Shown in pieces: positions 27,794 to 35,529 of a stretch of 35,529 nucleotides of DNA. Position numbers and translations under genes: made by a program. Under the pieces are notes generated by a model. That model saw nothing but the letters and a program-made list of their open reading frames with translations. It made no database searches and was not told the DNA's origin. Source of the stretch: Gammaproteobacteria bacterium (GTDB taxonomy: Bacteria > Pseudomonadota > Gammaproteobacteria > SZUA-229); the NCBI GenBank assembly GCA_026197015.1, contig JAPHRB010000067.1, positions 1 through 35,529 on the forward strand. The letters are read 5' to 3'. Every line of letters begins with the position of its first letter. Position 1 is the first letter of the stretch.

Positions 27794-29906
27794 ACTCTCC
27801 ATCCGTAGTAAATTGCTGCTGATTTCAGCCGTTTTATTTATAGTGCCGTGGATTGGTGTGCAATACATTCAAGATATGGAAAACTTTCTAAGAATAAACC
27901 AGCAGGATAATCTACTAGGCAAAGCGCAGATTGTAGCGGCTGTTTTGCAGGGGCAGGAAGATGTATTTAAATATAATTCAGGGGCTACTGATAATGTGGG
28001 GTCGTCAGATGGCATCATAAATAGTTCAACACACCTATATGTTCGACCAATAAAAAGAGCCATTCAATTAGATGGATATAGAGATGACTGGCTTGATTAC
28101 GATGAAAAAGCAAAAGTATTAAAATCAGATAAGCCTGAATCACTCGAATACAAATATTTTTTGGCAAGTTATAAAAAATATTTGTATATGGTGCTTGAAA
28201 TAAAAGATGATCGGCTGGTCTATAGAAAGGCCAATAGTTTAAGTTTAAATGAAAATGATCATTTGATAATAAAACTCAGAAATAAGAGCGGTGAGTTAAA
28301 AACGTATTTTATTGCTACACAATCTCCCGGCTGGGTTAATGCTCATCGCATGGAGTTTCAAAATGACAGGTGGGTAGCAGTGGCGCCAGAACTTCGGATT
28401 AAAGGCGAATGGCAGGAAACAGCGCATGGTTACAATATTGAAGTTAGATTACCGTTATCTCTTTTTGAACATGGCTTTTCATTTTTTGTAGCTGATGTTG
28501 ATGATAGTAAAACGAGAAAAACTGAAATTATATTGGGAGAAGGGGATATTAACGATGAATTAGGTTCTATTATTATACCTTCGGTGAAAGTAGAGGAGAT
28601 GTTAAAACGAATCGTTCGTCCTGAATCCCGTACCTGGATAATTGACCAGGGATATAGAGTGTTAGCGGTAGCTGGAGATATTAAACAGGGTGGACAGACT
28701 ATTACCGGTCTTGATGATAAACGTAGTTTTGTTAGTAAAATGGTTAGTTTGTTTTACCATCTGTTATTAACTCAGCCCACGCAAAATTTTAAAGATGAGT
28801 TATCCAGCGTGTCGTATTTAAGAGGCGAGGTGGTGCAGTCTGCTTTGAGCGGCGAGCCATCAACCAGTTGGCGAGATACGCCAGACAAGCGAGCCAAAAT
28901 ATTAACAGCAAGTTACCCTGTTATATTAAATAATAGAGTCTTAGGTGCAATTGCAATAGAGGAAACCAGTAATTCAATACTTATTTTACAAAATCGCGCA
29001 ATGGAGATTTTGATAAATTTAAGTGTGCTTACATTTTTAATCACGGTGGTCGTTTTATTGAGTTATGCAACTCGATTATCTGTAAGAATAAGAAGATTAC
29101 GTGATGAAACTGAGCAAGCGATTTCAAATGAAGGGCGAATTGAGCAGTCATTTAAAATAACCGACTCATCGGATGAAATTGGAGATTTATCCAGAAGTTT
29201 TGCAGATATGTTAACACGCCTGAGTGAGTATAATCGTTACCTTGAAACAATGGCCGGCAAGTTATCACATGAGTTACGAACGCCGATAACAGTTGTCAGG
29301 TCGTCCCTGGAAAATATGCAGCTGGCTAACAACGAGGATTCAAGGCAGGTATATATACAAAGAGCCAGTGAAGGCATGGCGAGGTTAAGTGATATTTTAA
29401 CGCGCATGAGTGAAGCCACCAGGCTTGAGCAAACATTACAATCTGAAGTTATACAACCAGTGAAGCTGATTGAATTGCTAAAAAGCTGTTTGGCAGGTTA
29501 TAAACTAGCCTACCCTGATGTGGTTTTTGAATTAAATATAAAAAAAGTTGAAAAAGAAAATATACAGGGTGTGCCAGACCTGTTTGCTCAAATGCTTGAT
29601 AAAATAATTTCAAATGCAGTCGATTTTCATAAAGCAGCGACACCCATAACTATAAATATAAAGCAGCACAAACATGCGCTTCAGCTAAGTATTATTAATA
29701 AGGGCGAAATCTTGCCTGAATCAATGCGGGATAACTTATTTGAATCAATGGTGTCTGTTAGAGAAAAGCGGGGAGACCTGCCGCACCTGGGTTTGGGTTT
29801 GTATATAGCCAGAATGATAATTGAGTTTCATCATGGGAGTATACAGGCAACTAATCTGCAAGATAAATCGGGTGTTGAAATAATGTTAGAAGTACCTTTA
29901 ATATAA
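27762..29906 (+). CDS. Sensor histidine kinase of the dedicated sortase system (large periplasmic domain, HAMP, HisKA, HATPase)
   Basis: Two TM segments flank a ~380-aa periplasmic region. H-box LSHELRTPIT, N-box ISNAVDFH, G2 box LGLGLYIARMI. The start is uncertain (ATG 27732, ATG 27762 or TTG 27783), and all three overlap the regulator gene end. Confidence 0.85.
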   Translation: MVWVIAGLKIKLSIRSKLLLISAVLFIVPWIGVQYIQDMENFLRINQQDNLLGKAQIVAAVLQGQEDVFKYNSGATDNVGSSDGIINSSTHLYVRPIKRAIQLDGYRDDWLDYDEKAKVLKSDKPESLEYKYFLASYKKYLYMVLEIKDDRLVYRKANSLSLNENDHLIIKLRNKSGELKTYFIATQSPGWVNAHRMEFQNDRWVAVAPELRIKGEWQETAHGYNIEVRLPLSLFEHGFSFFVADVDDSKTRKTEIILGEGDINDELGSIIIPSVKVEEMLKRIVRPESRTWIIDQGYRVLAVAGDIKQGGQTITGLDDKRSFVSKMVSLFYHLLLTQPTQNFKDELSSVSYLRGEVVQSALSGEPSTSWRDTPDKRAKILTASYPVILNNRVLGAIAIEETSNSILILQNRAMEILINLSVLTFLITVVVLLSYATRLSVRIRRLRDETEQAISNEGRIEQSFKITDSSDEIGDLSRSFADMLTRLSEYNRYLETMAGKLSHELRTPITVVRSSLENMQLANNEDSRQVYIQRASEGMARLSDILTRMSEATRLEQTLQSEVIQPVKLIELLKSCLAGYKLAYPDVVFELNIKKVEKENIQGVPDLFAQMLDKIISNAVDFHKAATPITINIKQHKHALQLSIINKGEILPESMRDNLFESMVSVREKRGDLPHLGLGLYIARMIIEFHHGSIQATNLQDKSGVEIMLEVPLI

Positions 29907-29971
29907 TTATTGCGGATTATTTAAATTCTTATATCAGTTATGAGTTCTAGCGGATGATAATTATGGTTTTG

Positions 29972-30035
29972 TCATATTTCATAATAATTGAGCTGTAAAT
30001 TATCATATTCCTGTCCGCAGTAAATCATATTCCTG
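29972..30035 (+). promoter_or_regulatory. Phased direct repeats (TCATATT core; two copies extend to ATCATATTCCTG) upstream of the OmpA-family gene
   Basis: TCATATT at 29972, 30003 and 30025, spaced 31 and 22 bp. ATCATATTCCTG is identical at 30002-30013 and 30024-30035, 76 bp upstream of the 30111 ATG. Confidence 0.45.
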
Positions 30036-30110
30036 CAGCATACTTATCTTCAAGTTAACAACAAAAGCAGTTGTTAGTACTTAAAATTTAAATAACTTGA
30101 GGAAAGTATT

Positions 30111-30740
30111 ATGAAAATTTCAAATAAAATTACCTGTCCAGCTGTTATGGCAATCAGTCTTCCATTGTTGGTATTAGGCGGCTGTGCTAATAATGACACG
30201 GTAAAAATGATGCCGGATGAAACACTGGCACTTGAACAGGTGATAGAAGTAGATGAAATAGCTGTTGAAAATAATTCAGATATAGATGGCTTTGTAAGTA
30301 TTGAAACTGAAGAGTCAATAAGCGTGATTGAACCTGTAGAGTCGCTTATAGAAAGTCCCGTGAATGAAAATGAAATGCTTGGTACAGCAACGCCTAAACC
30401 GGATGAGAGCATGATCGGTTTTGCATTTGATCAGTCTGATATTGATGCTCAATATGGGGAATTACTTTGGCAACATGCTCAGTACCTCAAAGAGAATAAA
30501 AATTTAATACTAAATGTAAGTGGCCATACGGATAGTTCTGGTGCACGTATTTATAATGAGTTTTTAAGTAAAAAACGTGCCGATCAGGTGGCTAAGATTC
30601 TGCTGGATTTTGGTGTGCCGAAAGAGCGTATTAAAGTAACTGGAAATGCAAGCGATCAACCATTAATTGGTGCAGTTACCAATAAAGAGCATCGTAGAGT
30701 TGAGCTGGATTATCAGGACCAGCAAATAGTTAGTAATTAA
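30111..30740 (+). CDS. OmpA-family lipoprotein of the sortase system (PdsO-like)
   Basis: Lipobox LVLGGCAN. Strongly acidic linker (EVDEIAVENNSDIDGFVSIETEES...). OmpA C-like domain (VSGHTDSSGARIYNEFLSKKRADQV...HRRVEL). Confidence 0.85.
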   Translation: MKISNKITCPAVMAISLPLLVLGGCANNDTVKMMPDETLALEQVIEVDEIAVENNSDIDGFVSIETEESISVIEPVESLIESPVNENEMLGTATPKPDESMIGFAFDQSDIDAQYGELLWQHAQYLKENKNLILNVSGHTDSSGARIYNEFLSKKRADQVAKILLDFGVPKERIKVTGNASDQPLIGAVTNKEHRRVELDYQDQQIVSN

Positions 30741-30762
30741 AGAAAAGGAGGTGGTGCGGTGA

Positions 30763-30797
30763 GGTCCATTAATTCGGGTTGGGTTAATGGGCCTTTT
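30763..30797 (+). terminator. Rho-independent terminator after the OmpA-family gene
   Basis: GGTCCATTAA (30763-30772) pairs with TTAATGGGCC (30784-30793) with one G-U pair, followed by TTTT. Confidence 0.7.
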
Positions 30798-30954
30798 GAA
30801 TGCATTGAATTGTTAGTTAAAACATAAAACCAATATCAAAGTGGTATATTAAAATGTAGTTGTTCATATCTGATCTTACAAATATAGTTTATGTTGTGAC
30901 TTAACAGGACGCTATTTTTATCCCACAAAAAAACTTTATGAGAGCCTGGATTCT

Positions 30955-30986
30955 GAGGTTTCGCCTTTGTGGCGACTCACTTTTTT
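30955..30986 (+). terminator. Second terminator-like hairpin in the long spacer
   Basis: GAGG..TCGCC TTTGT GGCGA CTC followed by TTTTTT (30981-30986). It is preceded by an A7 run, so it could act in both directions. Confidence 0.5.
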
Positions 30987-31684
30987 GCCTGCAGTCCATG
31001 TTAGTCGGATTGGAAAAGTAAGCAAAAAATAGCAGCCCTTTATTCGCTAGTTCTCATCAAAAAACGGTGAGAATGCCCAAAAAATATAATGTTATTACAA
31101 ACTATTACTCTATGCTGTGTTATTCCTACTCTGTTCCCGGGTCGTTCAGGTGTGCCATCCAGGCTTACAGAACTTCCAGGTTAATATAAATATGGTACAT
31201 CCCTGTAATTTTACCCCTCGATGGAAACATTTTTTGGCTAGCTCCAGAGGGAATAAAAATCAAAACCAGTCAGAACTGATATTTCAATGTAATACCAGAA
31301 CTTCATAATCTGTTTTGGATTTTATATCGGGCTTCGGCCCGGGCGAGCTTTTGTATCACTCAGAGTGATAATATTATCAGCGAATTAGGATGAAGAAAAA
31401 GAGTAATAAGACATAACTTATTGAATATATTGAATTATTCTGTATCGGGTTTGTCGCATATTAAGGTTCTTAGTAATGGATATTGTAATAAACTGGTTAT
31501 TGGAGTGATGTGAAAAATGGGTATACAATAATAACTAGTTATTAATTTAGATAAGACAGGTTTAGAGTGGATTTTTATTGTTTGCTCGGCAGAAAAATTA
31601 AAATTGATGGTTTAGTTGGCGTATAAAATATTAATTTACCTTTAATTGCTGCATAAATAACGAAATAATTTAAGGATGTATAAA

Positions 31685-32245
31685 ATGTATTTCAAGAATT
31701 TTAAAATATTACTTGTGCTGTTTTCTATTTCACAGCTGGTTGCTTGCAGTGCAACAAAAAATACATTTGATTATGATAGTAGTGCAGATTTTGGCCAGAT
31801 TAAAACATACCAATGGGATTTTAAGGCTTCAGAGGCCTTTTCTAAAACGGACCCTTTAATAGATAAACGTATTGTAAGAGCAATTGAAGATAATTTAAGC
31901 CGTAAAGGTGTAGTAAAAGCGAAATCCGCAGACATTAAAGTAAGTTATAGGGTTGATTTTGAAAAGAAACTTAAAACAGGCGGGTTGTCTGCAGGCATTG
32001 GTATGAGTATTGGTAGTTTTAATCGAGGACATATTAGTCTAAGCAGTGGTAATCAGTTAAAGCAAACGCTTGAAGGGACCTTGGTTATAGATATGTTAGA
32101 TACAAAAAGTGGTAATTTAATCTGGCGATCTACAACGCATCAACCTCTTAAAGATAATGATTCATCACCTGAAGAATCTAAGAAAAGAATTGCCAGGCTG
32201 GTTTCTCAGATGTTTGAAAACTTTCCGCCCAAAAAAAACAGGTAA
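31685..32245 (+). CDS. DUF4136 lipoprotein (second copy in the window)
   Basis: Lipobox QLVACSA. Has FDYDSSADFGQIKTYQWDF and GTLVIDMLDTKSGNLIWRSTT. The second ATG (31685) is preferred because the AAGGA Shine-Dalgarno lies ~9 nt upstream. Confidence 0.75.
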   Translation: MYFKNFKILLVLFSISQLVACSATKNTFDYDSSADFGQIKTYQWDFKASEAFSKTDPLIDKRIVRAIEDNLSRKGVVKAKSADIKVSYRVDFEKKLKTGGLSAGIGMSIGSFNRGHISLSSGNQLKQTLEGTLVIDMLDTKSGNLIWRSTTHQPLKDNDSSPEESKKRIARLVSQMFENFPPKKNR

Positions 32246-32506
32246 CTTAAAGAAAAAACGGTTTATTCAGCGTCTCTATGCGGTTAAGAATGAATATGCG
32301 ATGATTAAAAAAATGAAAGAGTTATTATAAAGTAAACATTTTTAGTAAATACGAAGGGTCTCCTGTTATATGTAATCGTTGTTAATATTAAATATTCACA
32401 GGTTTGTCCTGTTCCTGAAAAGTCATCATTATTTAAGCTGCTCATAGTAATCTTATCGTTTATGTAGTAATAAATTCCATCCTTAACTAACCATCTGAGA
32501 CATGAA

Positions 32507-33283
32507 ATGAAAAAGCTTCTGGATATTATGGCGGCATTAAGAAACCCTGAAAGCGGCTGCCCCTGGGATATAAAACAAACGTTTAAAAGCATTGTTCCGT
32601 ATACCCTTGAAGAGGCGTATGAGGTAGCTGATGCTATTGAAAATGGTGATATGCATGAACTCAAATCTGAATTAGGCGATTTATTGTTTCAGGTTGTGTT
32701 TTATGCACAAATGGCGGAAGAGCTGGGTGATTTTGATTTTAATGACGTGGTGGATGCAGTCAGTGATAAATTAGTCAATCGACACCCTCATGTATTTGCC
32801 GGTGTGGATTGTAAAGATGAAAAATCACTTCATGATGCCTGGGAAAAAACAAAGTCAAAAGAAAGAAATTTACTGGCAAATACTGAAAAGGCTTCTATAC
32901 TCGGTGGAGTAGCCAGGGCACTTCCAGCATTAAAGCGCGCACAAAAGCTTCAGAATCGTGCTGCTAGAGCTGGATTTGACTGGCCTGATATAGAACCGGT
33001 ATTTGATAAACTGGAAGAAGAAATTGCCGAGTTACGAGTAGCTATAAAAGATAATGACAGACCTGCTGTGTTTGAAGAAACAGGTGATGTTTTATTTAGC
33101 TGCGTTAATTTAGCTCGTCATCTGGACGTGGATGCAGAAGAGTCCTTAAGAGGCGGTAATCAGAAGTTTGAAACACGGTTCGGTTATATTGAGAGCTTGT
33201 TAAACAAATCAGATAATTCCTTTCAAAGTTGTTCTCTAAAAGAGCTGGAAGCTCTGTGGCAGGAAGCTAAAACTAAATGTTAG
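32507..33283 (+). CDS. mazG: Nucleoside triphosphate pyrophosphohydrolase MazG
   Basis: Has CPWDIKQTF, LEEAYEVADAIE and ELGDLLFQVVFYAQ, plus a second MazG repeat EEIAEL...ETGDVLFSCVNLARH. Confidence 0.9.
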   Translation: MKKLLDIMAALRNPESGCPWDIKQTFKSIVPYTLEEAYEVADAIENGDMHELKSELGDLLFQVVFYAQMAEELGDFDFNDVVDAVSDKLVNRHPHVFAGVDCKDEKSLHDAWEKTKSKERNLLANTEKASILGGVARALPALKRAQKLQNRAARAGFDWPDIEPVFDKLEEEIAELRVAIKDNDRPAVFEETGDVLFSCVNLARHLDVDAEESLRGGNQKFETRFGYIESLLNKSDNSFQSCSLKELEALWQEAKTKC

Positions 33284-33311
33284 AAATAAAATAGTACGAA
33301 TGGTAAAAAAA

Positions 33312-33357
33312 ACAGACTAACTTCCCTCGTTCGGGGGATGGTTAATCTGTTGTTTTA
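33312..33357 (+). terminator. Terminator-like long hairpin after mazG
   Basis: ACAGACTAAC (33312-33321) pairs with GTTAATCTGT (33341-33350) with one mismatch. There is an inner TCCC/GGGA stem, followed by TGTTTTA. Confidence 0.5.
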
Positions 33358-33368
33358 TACCACAATGT

Positions 33369-33392
33369 AAATATAAATATAAATATAAATAT
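33369..33392. repeat. Hexanucleotide microsatellite (AAATAT)x4
   Basis: Four perfect tandem AAATAT units ending 25 nt upstream of the ATG at 33418. Confidence 0.9.
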
Positions 33393-33417
33393 TAATGTTG
33401 GCTTAAAGGAAATTATA

Positions 33418-33813
33418 ATGAAAAATTATTTATTAATTGCGGCTTCAGTACTTGGCCTTGGTTTGTTATCAGGCTGTACTGATTCTGTTACTGATTCTGT
33501 CACTGGTGGTGGTGAAACATGTATTTTTACTGATACCTGTGATATAAGAAGTTCAGATTTGTATACCTGTGCTAATTCTTCTGGTAGTGGTTGGTACGAA
33601 GTTGGTTCGCAGACATTTTCATATACAACAAGCACAACAGCTGCTGCTTGTGCTGCCCTGGAATATTGTAATGGTGGTTCATACTGTAAAACATCACCGG
33701 CTGATGAGGACAGTATGGCAGTTAAGTTCTTAACTAAAGCGGCAGAAAATGCTCAATTGAAAAACTCAATTGACGATATGTATATCGATTTAGGTAATGA
33801 AGTTCAGAAATAA
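33418..33813 (+). CDS. Hypothetical Cys-rich lipoprotein
   Basis: Lipobox LLSGCTD. TDSV-TDSV duplication encoded by a 12-bp tandem repeat. Eight Cys, counting the lipobox Cys. AAAGGAAA Shine-Dalgarno. No family recognised. Confidence 0.65.
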   Translation: MKNYLLIAASVLGLGLLSGCTDSVTDSVTGGGETCIFTDTCDIRSSDLYTCANSSGSGWYEVGSQTFSYTTSTTAAACAALEYCNGGSYCKTSPADEDSMAVKFLTKAAENAQLKNSIDDMYIDLGNEVQK

Positions 33814-33834
33814 GCTTTGCATAAGCTGTTAGTT

Positions 33835-33866
33835 AAAAAGCCGAAGCCGGGATGCTTCGGCTTTTT
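33835..33866. terminator. Bidirectional rho-independent terminator between convergent genes
   Basis: AAAAAGCCGAAGC (33835-33847), loop CGGGAT, then GCTTCGGCTTTTT (33854-33866). Confidence 0.8.
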
Positions 33867-33890
33867 AGTGTCTGTGATTTATGTAAGGCC

Positions 33891-35529
33891 TTAATCCTGG
33901 GCGAGTCGTATATACGCCCGATATCGATTACGAATCTCCCTGACATATTTAACCGGTTCCCGGCCCCGCACATAACCATGACGGGCCTTTCTATAAAACT
34001 TTTTGTTTGATAATAACAACATGGCTTTTTCAACATGATCAAACCATTTGTCCGGGTTTAAACCCTGCTGTCTTGCCAGCCGGCGTGCATCTTTTACATG
34101 GCCTTGCCCTGCATTGTAAGCTGCTAATGTAAACCACATTCTATCTTTAACATTTAATTCCGGCTCAAACCTGTCTCGCACCCAGTTTAAATACTGAACC
34201 CCGGCATTTATGCCGGATTCAGGTTGTTTCAGATTACTTATGCCCATTTCTTTTGCGGTGCGTGGCATTACCTGCATTAAACCCTGTGCGCCGACCCATG
34301 ATTTGGCTTTAGGGTTAAAGCGGCTTTCCTGATACATTTGAGCAATTATTAATCGCCAGTCAAACTCAAACTTTAAAGCGTATTTTTTTACTAATGTATC
34401 GTATGGAGATAAAGTGCCATCAGGGTTCAGATCGACTCTTTGATTGCGGTGTTTTTTTATATTGCGGGCATTTTTAAAATATTTGTCATAGGTGATATTA
34501 TAAAAAAGCGATCGGTACTGCTTTTTAATAAATTGATTCACGGCACTAACAAGTAAAGGGTTATTGTTGCGCATAGCCCATGCGTTTTCACGTATTTCAC
34601 CTATTACCAGCGCGGCTTGTATATCGTCCCTCCAGGTTAGCTCTATATCTAACAGATGGTTGTCGGCGAGGGTCAGGTCATATGTTCCGTTAGCCACCTG
34701 TGCAATAATTTCTTCGGTCTCCATGTTCTCGGGTGCGGCGAGTAATTTAAATTTGAGTCCCGACTCTTTAAGTGCCTGCAGTGTTTCCCAATAGGCACTG
34801 GATTTCCTTACAAAAATGCTGCGTCCCGCCAGATCTTCGACGGTTTGAATGCTATTGTCATCAACACGCGTTACAATTATTTCAGATGCTTTATGGTGAG
34901 CAGTGCTAAAAACAACACCAAGATCTTTACGTTTTTCAGTAATGGTTAAAAAGCTCGCAATAATGTCACCCTTACCTTCGAGTAACATGGGGATCTGAGC
35001 TTCATGACTCGGTGCGCTGATAATTTCTAAACGTAATTTGTGTTGTTTAGCAAAAGCTCTGACTAATTCATATTCAAAACCAAGCAACTCGCCGCGCCAG
35101 AGAAAATATGAAGCCGCATTATTACGTGTAATAACGCGTAATGTTTTGCGTTTTTTTATGCTATCAAGGTCATCAGTGAAAATGCTTTCATGTCTTTCTG
35201 TTAATTTTTCATGGGTTAGAAATTGATTAACTGTATTAAGTAATTCGGGATTGTTTTTGCGAATGCCCCAGGCAAGCGGCCTGTCTTTAGATAAAGCCAG
35301 ACTGGCTTTAAAATCATCTCTATAACCTGCCAGTACGTCTAAAATATTACTATCCATTATAGCCAGGTCTATTTTTTTACTAACTAACTGATCAATGATC
35401 TGGTCTGAGCTGAGGTGCCCGGGCAGTACCCGGGTTTTAATGTCAGCCTGTTTTTTCTGTAAGTTCTCGAGCGTTTCCTGAAACGATGACTTTTCACGAA
35501 AAGATATGGTGCGTCCATTCAGGCTTTCA
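33891..35529 (-). CDS. MltF-like membrane-bound lytic murein transglycosylase with tandem solute-binding (SBP_bac_3-like) domains; 5' end outside the window
   Basis: C-terminal SLT domain (IAQMYQESRFNPKAKSWVGAQGLMQVMP, AAYNAG). A complete SBP domain sits upstream of it. The reading frame stays open from 35357 to the window end (..GRTISFREKSSFQETLENLQKKQADIK..DLAIMDSNIL). Confidence 0.85.
   Translation of the reverse strand, partial: ESLNGRTISFREKSSFQETLENLQKKQADIKTRVLPGHLSSDQIIDQLVSKKIDLAIMDSNILDVLAGYRDDFKASLALSKDRPLAWGIRKNNPELLNTVNQFLTHEKLTERHESIFTDDLDSIKKRKTLRVITRNNAASYFLWRGELLGFEYELVRAFAKQHKLRLEIISAPSHEAQIPMLLEGKGDIIASFLTITEKRKDLGVVFSTAHHKASEIIVTRVDDNSIQTVEDLAGRSIFVRKSSAYWETLQALKESGLKFKLLAAPENMETEEIIAQVANGTYDLTLADNHLLDIELTWRDDIQAALVIGEIRENAWAMRNNNPLLVSAVNQFIKKQYRSLFYNITYDKYFKNARNIKKHRNQRVDLNPDGTLSPYDTLVKKYALKFEFDWRLIIAQMYQESRFNPKAKSWVGAQGLMQVMPRTAKEMGISNLKQPESGINAGVQYLNWVRDRFEPELNVKDRMWFTLAAYNAGQGHVKDARRLARQQGLNPDKWFDHVEKAMLLLSNKKFYRKARHGYVRGREPVKYVREIRNRYRAYIRLAQD

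Noticed and set aside
30901-30933. Tn7-like transposon end. The minus strand reads TGTGGGATAAAAATAGCGTCCTG, reminiscent of the Tn7 terminus TGTGGGCGGACAAAATAG.
   Set aside because: - There are no tnsABCD-like or other transposase genes in the window.
- There is no array of repeated TnsB-type sites.
- The only similar motif (AAAAAATAGC at about 31026-31035) is in the wrong orientation and only about 15/24 similar.
- The resemblance rests on a short AT-rich string.
31117-31308. 63-aa ORF in the long spacer.
   Set aside because: It starts at a non-ATG codon, has no Shine-Dalgarno sequence, and has Cys/His/Asn-rich nonsense-like composition. I treated the region as non-coding.
32305-32664. 119-aa minus-strand ORF overlapping the mazG start.
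   Set aside because: It is antisense to a well-supported gene, has low-complexity composition, and has no recognisable family or ribosome-binding site.
1-35529. Search by eye for tRNA/rRNA genes, IS elements, integrases, prophage genes, toxin-antitoxin pairs and known defence genes.
   Set aside because: I found none. No T-loop/acceptor-like GGTTCGAATCC-type strings were spotted, and no ORF resembles a transposase, recombinase or defence protein. tRNAscan, Infernal and ISfinder-type searches would be needed to be certain.

Overview
35.5-kb chromosomal segment from a low-GC (roughly 38-40% by eye) Gram-negative genome. It is probably gammaproteobacterial, judging from YegQ/TrhP-, CCA-, UppP- and MltF-type proteins. 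I can support 34 protein-coding genes, two of them truncated by the window edges. I saw no tRNA, rRNA, CRISPR array, transposase, integrase or phage gene.

Layout:
- 1-11.3 kb: housekeeping and envelope genes. These are an EgtD-like methyltransferase fragment, pteridine reductase-like SDR, DUF185 methyltransferase, uppP, VanZ-like, cca, class-V aminotransferase, a hybrid sensor kinase, an EamA transporter and an Omp85-family protein.
- 11.4-14 kb: a minus-strand run of DUF4136 lipoprotein, GST, MAPEG, MarR and HopJ-family genes.
- 14.2-17.7 kb: DUF1015, then a LemA-TPM-TPM operon with visibly higher GC.
- 18-23.8 kb: yegQ-like U32 peptidase, a PF03773-type permease, three orphan genes and a YeeE/YedE sulfur-transport protein.
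- 24.1-30.7 kb: a complete five-gene proteobacterial dedicated sortase (Pds) locus. It has a class GN sortase, a VIT-VWA sortase target, an OmpR-type regulator, a histidine kinase and an OmpA-family lipoprotein.
- 30.7-35.5 kb: a ~0.9-kb ORF-free spacer, a second DUF4136 lipoprotein, mazG, a Cys-rich lipoprotein and an MltF-like transglycosylase with tandem SBP domains.

Strongest second-look items:
- A dense DnaA-box cluster at 21771-21917 beside an AT-rich tract, embedded among the orphan genes. It is a candidate origin or DnaA-control locus.
- The Pds sortase locus, with a variant LAQTAT sorting motif and phased TCATATT direct repeats upstream of the OmpA gene.
- A hybrid kinase whose ATP-binding domain lacks the N, G1 and G2 boxes.
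- A triple tandem repeat at the edge of the GC-elevated LemA segment.
- A candidate sRNA unit in the long spacer.

All family calls come from reading the translated ORFs. No database search was run.
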